In this document: one piece after another, positions 57,325 to 64,000 of the stretch | How the letters are laid out: the number at the start of each line of letters is the position of its first letter | Position numbering within the stretch: the stretch's first letter is position 1 | Assembly (NCBI GenBank): GCA_964475465.1 | Contig: CAYYXA010000047.1 | Coordinates: 20,466 to 84,465 of the forward strand | Reading direction: 5' to 3' | Length of the DNA: 64,000 bases | From: an uncultured Brevinematales bacterium | Lineage (GTDB): Bacteria > Spirochaetota > Brevinematia > DTOW01 | Program-made: the position numbers and the translations under genes | Notes under the pieces: model-generated | What the model was told of the DNA's origin: nothing | Databases searched by the model: none | The model's input: the letters and a program-made list of their open reading frames with translations, nothing else

Positions 57325-58016
57325 TGGTTTTGGGGATTGTGCAGGCTAGAATTGATTCAGGTAGATTCCCGCTAAAAATTTTTGCCAAGTTTTCAGATGG
57401 TACTTCCTTGCTTGAAAGAGTGATAAAACAAGTTTTGAGTAGCAAACTTATTGATAGAGTGGCTATAGCAACTAATTATTTTTCGTATGGGATGATAAAA
57501 GATTTTGTAAATGAATTTGGTTTTGATATTGATGTTAAGGTTGGGGATGATGAAGATGTTTTGGGTAGGTTTGTAAAATGTGTTTTATCGTATGATATCA
57601 ATTTTGAGCATGTTGTCAGAATAACTGCTGATAATCCTCTTACGTGTCCTAATGCTATTGATGAAGCTATAAAGTTGCACGTAGAGAAGAAGGCAGATTT
57701 GACACACTTTCTTGGTATGCCTTTGGGGACTGGCGTTGAGGTTATAAAGGCATCTGTTCTCTTCGAAATAAACGAATTGGCATTTGAGAAATACGACAGG
57801 GAGCACGTTACACCTTACCTGTATAAGCATAAAAACTTGTATAGGGTGTTAGAACCTTTTTATAAGGATGGGGTAGATTATCAAGGTATAAGGGTCACTA
57901 TAGATTATCCTGTTGATTTGGAGAGTGTTGATAGATTACTAAGTAAACTTAATTACAAGATTCCTGTTTATGTTGGAGATGTTATAGGGGTCATAGAGGA
58001 ATTAGCTAGGGTTTGA
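57321..58016 (+). CDS. CMP-sugar (acylneuraminate/pseudaminic-type) cytidylyltransferase-family protein (SpsF/PseF-like).
   Basis: The N-terminal motif GIVQARIDSGRFPLKIF (Ax-ARxxSxRxPxK) is present. The ATG overlaps the flgD stop. Confidence 0.6.
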   Translation: MMVLGIVQARIDSGRFPLKIFAKFSDGTSLLERVIKQVLSSKLIDRVAIATNYFSYGMIKDFVNEFGFDIDVKVGDDEDVLGRFVKCVLSYDINFEHVVRITADNPLTCPNAIDEAIKLHVEKKADLTHFLGMPLGTGVEVIKASVLFEINELAFEKYDREHVTPYLYKHKNLYRVLEPFYKDGVDYQGIRVTIDYPVDLESVDRLLSKLNYKIPVYVGDVIGVIEELARV

Positions 58017-58459
58017 TGGATTTTATAATTGTTGTTGGTAATTTGGTTTTTTTGTTGGTTTTTGCTATTTTTGACGTTTTCAATAGGCGAGTTGTTCCGA
58101 ATTATTTGACAATTATTTATGTTTTTCTGTCGGTTATTAGTATTCCCTTTAGGAAGGATCTTTTACCTTATGTTTTGGGATTTGGGGAATTCTGCTTGAT
58201 TTTGTTAATAGTGTGGGGATATTCCAAGTTCAGAGGGGTTAGGTTAGTTAATGTCATTGGTGGGGCTGATGTAAAGGTTTTCTTTGGGTTGGCTGTCAAT
58301 TCTGGAATTTTTGTTTTTAACTATACAGTTCTGATTTCATCGTTTCTGGGAATCGTTTTTGGGCTGGCGTTTAAGAAGAGGAAAATCCCGTTTTTACCTT
58401 TTTTGTTCTTTGGTTACCTACTTGCTATCGCTTTTCTTTTTCTGAAAGAAAGGTTTTAG
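58013..58459 (+). CDS. Prepilin (type IV leader) peptidase-like membrane protein (CpaA/TadV-like, A24 family).
   Basis: The candidate catalytic Asp residues lie in FDVFNRRVVPN and IGGADVKVF. It has 4-5 TM helices. It overlaps the upstream stop. Confidence 0.5.
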   Translation: MMDFIIVVGNLVFLLVFAIFDVFNRRVVPNYLTIIYVFLSVISIPFRKDLLPYVLGFGEFCLILLIVWGYSKFRGVRLVNVIGGADVKVFFGLAVNSGIFVFNYTVLISSFLGIVFGLAFKKRKIPFLPFLFFGYLLAIAFLFLKERF

Positions 58460-59254
58460 TTTTTCTCTGAGCAATTCTAAAGCTCTTGCGTGTAACTGTG
58501 ATACTCTTGATTCAGTAACGTTTAATATTGCTCCTATTTCCTTTAATGTCAGTTCTTCGTGGTAGTAGAGCATTATGACTTGTAGTTCTTTTTCAGGTAG
58601 CTCTTTTATTGCTTCTTTTATCTTTTCTATTATTTCGTTCTTTATTGCTAATGTTTCCGGGTTTGCGTCTTCGTATGGTACTTCCAGGACATCTTCCAGG
58701 GTTATTGAGTTTTCAGAGGATGAGGAGTCGGGGAAGATAACATTATCCAATGAACTTATGTAGTTCTTTGCATTCTGGAGTTTCAGAGTATTTTCTTTCA
58801 GTTCTTCCAAGGAGAAACCTAATCTTTCGGCTATCATTTCTTCGGTTGGTTTCTCACCAAGTTCATATTGAAGTTCTGATACTACCTTTTGGTATTCCTT
58901 CTCTATCTGTCTTACTGAGCGTGGTATCCAATCCATTTCTCTTAGTTTGTCGTATATTGCTCCCCTTATTCTTATTATTGCGTAGGTTTTGAATTTTACC
59001 CCCCTGTCTGGGTCAAATCTTTCAATAGCATCTATTAGTCCTTCTATACCCCAGCCTATGAGGTCGTCGTAGTCGGATTGGTTGCTAACGTATACGTTCA
59101 TGTTAGACACTACGTATCTAACTAAGGGAGCATACTTTTCTATGAAAAAGTTTCTAATTTTTATGTCCTTGGTTTTCTTATATTCCTTCCACTTTCTATC
59201 TTCTTCTTCTGGATCTAACTCATATTTTGAAAGGTCTATGTTAGGTCCCCTCAC
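58418..59254 (-). CDS. fliA: Flagellar RNA polymerase sigma factor FliA (sigma-28).
   Basis: Sigma-70 regions 2, 3 and 4 are present (YAPLVRYVVSNM, region 4 LTLKEIGAILNVTESRVSQL). A GTG start is suggested. Confidence 0.8.
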   Translation of the reverse strand: MRGPNIDLSKYELDPEEEDRKWKEYKKTKDIKIRNFFIEKYAPLVRYVVSNMNVYVSNQSDYDDLIGWGIEGLIDAIERFDPDRGVKFKTYAIIRIRGAIYDKLREMDWIPRSVRQIEKEYQKVVSELQYELGEKPTEEMIAERLGFSLEELKENTLKLQNAKNYISSLDNVIFPDSSSSENSITLEDVLEVPYEDANPETLAIKNEIIEKIKEAIKELPEKELQVIMLYYHEELTLKEIGAILNVTESRVSQLHARALELLREKLKPFFQKKKSDSK

Positions 59255-59311
59255 ACATCCCTCACTCTGTGATTAATTATTTTTATAACTCTGCTGTTTA
59301 TTCAAATTTTT

Positions 59312-60412
59312 TTATCTTATTTTCAAGCTTGCTAGTGCTATCATTGCAAAGGTTATGCCCATTATCCAAAATCTTATGAGTACTTGCGTTTCGCTCCATC
59401 CGCTTAACTCGAAGTGGTGGTGTAGTGGAGCCATTTTGAATATCCTTTTGCCTTTTGTTATTTTGAAGTATATTATTTGCAACGCGACGGAAAGTGTTTC
59501 TAGGACAAATACCAATCCTACTATGATGAGAAGTAATTCTTGTTTTACAAGTATTGCCATTGCTCCTAATGTAGCTCCTAGTGATAAAGCTCCCGTATCT
59601 CCCATGAATATCTGGGCAGGGTGAGCGTTGTACCATAGGAATCCACCAAGAGCACCTACCATACTGCCTGCAATTATTGTTATTTCTCCTACCTTATCGA
59701 TGTAAGGTATGAGTAAGTAATTTGATATTATTATGTTTCCTGCCAGGTAGGCAAATACGCCGTATACGGCAAAGGCTATACTGGATAAACCTGTTGCTAA
59801 CCCATCTATTCCATCTGTCAGGTTTACTCCGTTTGATGCTCCCGATATTACTAAGATGTAGAATATAAACATTGCAAGTGGGGGTAATGTTATCACTAGT
59901 TCATTTGTGTAGGGGATATATACTTTTGTAAAATATTCTTTAAAGGTTGGGAGGAAATATATTCCTAATATGAATATTAGTGAAAAGATGATTTGAAGTG
60001 AGTATTTTTGAATCATTGATAATCCGTTGTGGCTTTTCCTTATTTTTTTTAGATAATCATCTAGGAATCCGATGAATGCAAACGATAGCATTACGAAGAG
60101 CACCAGAGGTATATAATGGTTGTTGAACCTACACCATAGTACGGATGATAGTGCTGCTATGGGTATGAACAAAGCACCGCCCATTGTTGGGGTACCTTGT
60201 TTCGATAGATGTGAGGAAGGCCCAAATTCCCTTTCAATTTGTTTGAATTGCTTCTCTTTCATGAATTTTATGAAGTATGGCATTAGTATGAGAACTAAGA
60301 GAAAAGAGGTGAACATTGCACCTAGAGTTCTGAAGGTTATGTACCTAAAGAGGTTGAATCCGAAGAAAAATTCTCTCAGAGGGAAAAATATTTCGTACAG
60401 CATGTTATCCAC
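59312..60412 (-). CDS. mraY: Phospho-N-acetylmuramoyl-pentapeptide transferase.
   Basis: MraY motifs are present (NLTDGIDGLA, HHHFE). Confidence 0.9.
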   Translation of the reverse strand: MDNMLYEIFFPLREFFFGFNLFRYITFRTLGAMFTSFLLVLILMPYFIKFMKEKQFKQIEREFGPSSHLSKQGTPTMGGALFIPIAALSSVLWCRFNNHYIPLVLFVMLSFAFIGFLDDYLKKIRKSHNGLSMIQKYSLQIIFSLIFILGIYFLPTFKEYFTKVYIPYTNELVITLPPLAMFIFYILVISGASNGVNLTDGIDGLATGLSSIAFAVYGVFAYLAGNIIISNYLLIPYIDKVGEITIIAGSMVGALGGFLWYNAHPAQIFMGDTGALSLGATLGAMAILVKQELLLIIVGLVFVLETLSVALQIIYFKITKGKRIFKMAPLHHHFELSGWSETQVLIRFWIMGITFAMIALASLKIR

Positions 60413-61892
60413 CTTTTGCCATTTCTACAGCTTTTAACACTGCTTTTGCTTTATTCATTGTTTCGTTATATTCACTTTCAGGAACCGAGTCATAGACTAT
60501 TCCTGCTCCTGCTTGTACGTATGCTTTGTTGTCTTTCGCTATCATTGTTCTTAGTGTTATTGCTGAATCCATGTTCCCGTTGTAGGAGAAATATGCTATT
60601 GCTCCTGCGTATGGACCTCTTCGTACGTTTTCGAGTTCATCAATTATTTCCATTGCTCTTACCTTTGGTGCTCCTGATACCGTGCCTGCCGGAAATACAG
60701 ATTTCATGACATCTATGCTTTTTGCACCTTCTTTAAGTTCTCCAGTAACATCCGAAACGATATGCATTACATGAGAATACCTCTCTATCACCATGTATTC
60801 GTTAACCTTGACACTTCCGTATTTTGATACTCTTCCCAAGTCGTTCCTTGCTAAGTCCACTAGCATTATATGTTCTGCCAGCTCCTTTTCGTCCGAAAGT
60901 AGCTCTTTTTCTAGTACTTTATCTTCATCTACACTCTTGCCTCTCGGCCTCGTTCCCGCTATTGGCCTGGTTTCTATGGTGCCGTTCCATACTTTAACTA
61001 GCATTTCAGGTGATGAGCCTGCGATGGATATGTCACCAAAATTCAGGAAAAACATGTATGGTGATGGATTTATCATTCTAAGGTTTCTGTAGACACTAAA
61101 AGGATCGATATCTAGATTGAAGCTTAATCTTTGTGATAGAACTACCTGGAATATGTCTCCGTTTTCTATGTACTTTTTGGCTTTTTCGACTGACTTTATA
61201 AATGATTCTTTTGTTACATTTGATGTCCAGTCTATTGTTCCTTTTGGATGAGAGAGTGGTACTATTGGTATGTCAATAGGTTTCTTTATTCTTGATATTA
61301 TTTCTTCTATTGCCTTTGAGGCTCTGTTCATCGACTCTCTTTCATCTGTTATTACTGGTTCTATTGATATGATTTTTATCAATTTTAGTATGTTGTCAAA
61401 GCATATTAATATTGATGGAGAGATGAAGTAGAGATCTGGGATATCTATTTCTTGTGGGTTTTTGTCAGGTATTTTCTCGATGTACCTTATAGCGTCATAC
61501 GATATGTATCCTACTAAGCCACCGTAAAATGGTAGTTCAAAAGGTTCACCTGAGCACTTTATCACCTCAACATCGAGTAAACTGTTAAGGATTTCGAATG
61601 GATCATTTGTTTCTCCTGATACATTTGAGGTGCCTTCTACGTAAAATTTTGCTACAGATTTGCCAGTTTTTTCATCTGTGCCTATTTTTTCGCTTCTGAA
61701 GATATCGAAAGGCTTTGTTCCTATGAATGAGTATCTACCTATCACTTCGTTACCTACAACACTTTCCAGTAAAAAAGAAAAAGGAGAAATGTCCCTTATC
61801 TTGAGGTATATCGAAACGGGAGTTTCTATGTCCCCTGGTAAGGTTTTTTCGGATATACAGACTTTCATTTTAGCTTGACAATCTTTTTTCAA
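60405..61892 (-). CDS. trpE: Chorismate-binding enzyme: anthranilate synthase component I (TrpE), or aminodeoxychorismate synthase PabB.
   Basis: It has the C-terminal chorismate-binding signature (GPYAGAIAYFSYNGNMDSAITLRT, GAGIVYDS). Confidence 0.75.
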   Translation of the reverse strand: MKKDCQAKMKVCISEKTLPGDIETPVSIYLKIRDISPFSFLLESVVGNEVIGRYSFIGTKPFDIFRSEKIGTDEKTGKSVAKFYVEGTSNVSGETNDPFEILNSLLDVEVIKCSGEPFELPFYGGLVGYISYDAIRYIEKIPDKNPQEIDIPDLYFISPSILICFDNILKLIKIISIEPVITDERESMNRASKAIEEIISRIKKPIDIPIVPLSHPKGTIDWTSNVTKESFIKSVEKAKKYIENGDIFQVVLSQRLSFNLDIDPFSVYRNLRMINPSPYMFFLNFGDISIAGSSPEMLVKVWNGTIETRPIAGTRPRGKSVDEDKVLEKELLSDEKELAEHIMLVDLARNDLGRVSKYGSVKVNEYMVIERYSHVMHIVSDVTGELKEGAKSIDVMKSVFPAGTVSGAPKVRAMEIIDELENVRRGPYAGAIAYFSYNGNMDSAITLRTMIAKDNKAYVQAGAGIVYDSVPESEYNETMNKAKAVLKAVEMAKGG

Positions 61893-62322
61893 CTAAACTT
61901 TTTACTAATGATCCGTCGGCTCTGCCCTTTACTTTAGGCATCAACTCTTTCATTACTTTCCCTACGTCTAGGGATGATGAAGCACCAACGGATTTTATTG
62001 TCTCGTCTATTAATTTCAATAGTTCTTCCTCTGAAAGTTGCTTTGGCATGTAGCTTTCGAGAATCTCTAGTTCTTTTTTTTCTTTTTCAACTAAATCTTG
62101 GCGATTGCCTTTCTCGTAAAGTTCTATTGCTTCTTTCCTCTTTTTTATCTCTTTTGAGATAACTCCAATTATTTCTTCATCCGTTAGCTCTTTACCACTG
62201 GCTCTTAGTTCTATTTGCCTGTACTTCAGAGCAGAAAGAAGAAGATTAATAGTATTTCTTCTTATTTCGTCTTTGTTTCTTATAGCTTCCTTATAGTCTT
62301 CATTCAGTTTTTCTAGTAACAT
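61870..62322 (-). CDS. yqeY: GatB/YqeY-domain protein.
   Basis: It has a YqeY-like N-terminus (MLLEKLNEDYKEAIRNKDE). The RBS is GGAGGGG. Confidence 0.75.
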   Translation of the reverse strand: MLLEKLNEDYKEAIRNKDEIRRNTINLLLSALKYRQIELRASGKELTDEEIIGVISKEIKKRKEAIELYEKGNRQDLVEKEKKELEILESYMPKQLSEEELLKLIDETIKSVGASSSLDVGKVMKELMPKVKGRADGSLVKSLVEKRLSS

Positions 62323-62374
62323 TTTCCCCTCCAACCGATATTTTAATTTTAGATTTAATTCACTTTCTAGAAAT

Positions 62375-62395
62375 GAGAGAGGCTTTGCCTCTCTC
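62375..62395. repeat. GC-rich hairpin element GAGAGAGGC-ttt-GCCTCTCTC. It is copy 3 of the dispersed family.
   Basis: It is a perfect 9-bp stem with a 3-nt loop, between the vWA gene end and the yqeY start. Confidence 0.5.
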
Positions 62396-62573
62396 CTAAA
62401 AATATTTGACCTCCACTAGACAAACCTTCCAAAGCTGGATGTATAGTTTGACAAAGTTAGGAGTTTCTGAGAAGTATTAAATCACGTTTTTTAGATACTT
62501 GCCGAAAAATGAAAGGGAAGGCTTTACCTTTCAGGGGTTGGTATATTGTGTGTAGTACTAGGTAGTGTGTATG

Positions 62574-63608
62574 TTATTCAAATTCGAATGTGTAATTTGA
62601 GATTATTAATTTGTAACCTTTTGTCATGGTTTCCCCGTTTTTGAACGGTGAAATGACTTTCGATGTATCGGTTACAAATATTCTGTATCCTGAGATAGTT
62701 GATTTTACCTTTATTTCTCCTTCGTATTCCCAATCTTTAAGCTTTATGTCACCTTTTTCTTTCGAGATTGTAATTGTTCTTTTGGTTAGGGGTAGTTGGA
62801 AAGCCTTTTTGGTTTTTCCTGATATGCATATAACTCTAGATATCTTTGATTTTTTCTTGGATGAGGTTATTATCAATATGTTTGCTAATATGATTAGTAG
62901 TAGGATTGCAAGGAGTGAGATTCCTATTAATGGTAGGATTTTGTTTATTAAATTTTCTCCTTTGATGGTTTCTACTATGGCTCTTTGAGCTTCTTCTGGT
63001 TCTTTAGCTTCTATGACAGATATTTTGGTGCCTTTTATCTTTTCTTTTATACTACTTTTTTGTTCTTCAGTTTTTGGTTGTTGAACTAATTTTTCTAGGG
63101 ATATGTAATATATTAGTTGGGATGGATCAAACAATGTTGCTATTTTGTCGAGTTCAATTAGGTATTCTTTACTTTTTATAGGTGGATCATCTATTCCATC
63201 TGAGATTATTATTATTCTTGACTTTTCAGGAGGTATGTTGTTTGTTTTTGCTAAAGTTGATATATCCTTTAACATTTGGTAGGTAAATGTCCATTTGCCG
63301 TATGGTCGTGTACCATACATTATTTTAACAATAACATCCTTTGTATGATTTCCTTTTATTTCTATTGGCCCTCTAATTTGGGTTTTTTCGTTGAAATCTG
63401 CAATGTAAACAATATCTCCGTTTTTTAGAGAGTATATAGCGTTTGATAAGGACTTAAGCGCTATATCGTAGAGTCTTTGGTTGTCTATAACTTTTCTATT
63501 CATGCTAAGGGAAGTGTCGAGTACTATTATTATATAGTCGCCAAAGGCAAGATTAGAAACGAGCAAAATGATGACTAAGAGAGGATATAATGCTATACTT
63601 TTTTTCAT
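62574..63608 (-). CDS. von Willebrand factor type A (vWA) domain membrane protein (BatA-like).
   Basis: The RBS is GGGGG. It has a signal or TM anchor, a vWA MIDAS-like region (IIIVLDTSLSMN), an internal TM helix and a C-terminal 95-aa domain. Confidence 0.6.
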   Translation of the reverse strand: MKKSIALYPLLVIILLVSNLAFGDYIIIVLDTSLSMNRKVIDNQRLYDIALKSLSNAIYSLKNGDIVYIADFNEKTQIRGPIEIKGNHTKDVIVKIMYGTRPYGKWTFTYQMLKDISTLAKTNNIPPEKSRIIIISDGIDDPPIKSKEYLIELDKIATLFDPSQLIYYISLEKLVQQPKTEEQKSSIKEKIKGTKISVIEAKEPEEAQRAIVETIKGENLINKILPLIGISLLAILLLIILANILIITSSKKKSKISRVICISGKTKKAFQLPLTKRTITISKEKGDIKLKDWEYEGEIKVKSTISGYRIFVTDTSKVISPFKNGETMTKGYKLIISNYTFEFE

Positions 63609-63617
63609 AATACCCCC

Positions 63618-64000
63618 TTATGTTGATTTTTTTATTCTGTGAGCACCTTTCCTTTCTAGGTCGAGAATTGAGTTTACAAAATTCTCGATTTTCATTTTGT
63701 CTTTCCAATCCATATTAGCCGAAAATTTTAGTCCTATGTCTACAATTTCGTCAGATATCCTGGCATATATGTTTACTACTGCCGATAGCACTTTAACATA
63801 AGTTTTATCTGGGAAAAATATTTGGCAGAACATTCTTTTGTTCATTCTCACATACTTGCAGAAATTGGGATCTCTTATTATTGTTCTCATTCCCCCTATG
63901 CTAAGATCTATTATTTCTTGAGGTTCCTTTGTTATTGTTTCAAATGATCCTTCAGTTTCTAGTTTGAGAGATGCGTTTTGCGATAGGGAGATTAACCTTT
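63618..64000 (-). CDS. Hypothetical protein, 3' portion only. The reading frame is open to the window edge, so the gene starts beyond position 64000.
   Basis: The minus-strand frame continues without a stop from 64000 down to 63618. The 90-aa ORF in the track is only the tail. It lies directly upstream of the vWA gene, as in a Bat/MoxR-vWA-type operon. Confidence 0.4.
   Translation of the reverse strand, partial: RLISLSQNASLKLETEGSFETITKEPQEIIDLSIGGMRTIIRDPNFCKYVRMNKRMFCQIFFPDKTYVKVLSAVVNIYARISDEIVDIGLKFSANMDWKDKMKIENFVNSILDLERKGAHRIKKST

Overview
This is an AT-rich, densely packed bacterial chromosomal window. Protein similarities (SecY, PheS, MetX, Mfd and others) are Thermotogae-like, and the codon bias is A/T-rich. 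Most of the window is core housekeeping on both strands.

- **Protein export and envelope:** secD, secF, secY, lptB, mraY.
- **Translation and RNA modification:** pheS, trpS, alaS, rpmI (ribosomal protein L35), tRNA-Asp, tlyA, ksgA, rsmE, rluD, ybeY.
- **Central metabolism:** enolase, a split transketolase, panC, nadD, metX-metW, OTCase, trpC and trpE, queD and queE.
- **Repair:** mfd, rdgB, cinA.
- **Chemotaxis and flagella:** a 5'-truncated cheA, flgC, flgD, fliA, and two STAS-domain anti-sigma antagonists.
- **Mobile or defence elements:** no IS elements, integrases, CRISPR arrays or obvious prophage genes were seen.

The parts that housekeeping does not explain are these:

1. **An odd operon starting at rpmI.** A 414-aa protein is translationally coupled to rpmI. 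It retains only a degenerate helicase-C (RecA-like domain 2) fold and sits where rplT is normally expected. It is followed by an orphan sugar-type ABC permease pair, and the first permease carries a roughly 270-aa extracytoplasmic insert.
2. **Three large secreted or envelope proteins with unusual architectures.** One combines a HExxH zincin-like domain, PD40/TolB propellers and a C-terminal beta-barrel (974 aa). One is a FecR-PEGA-propeller protein. One is a barrel OMP paired with a LamG/FN3 protein.
3. **A flagellar mini-cluster.** flgD is coupled to a CMP-sugar cytidylyltransferase and a prepilin-peptidase-like protein. A near-consensus sigma-28 promoter lies inside the end of a cvpA-like gene and reads into a lone flgC.
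4. **Several non-coding sequence elements.** These are an 8-bp-periodic array of alternating GTGCTA/TAGCAC half-sites, a 16-bp tandem repeat containing hairpins in the metX divergent promoter region, a dispersed GC-rich hairpin family (AGAGAGGC-N3-GCCTCTCT, three copies), and a candidate sigma-28-driven small RNA between ksgA and yggS.

I could not run searches, so all functional calls rest on recognisable motifs and family signatures read from the translations.
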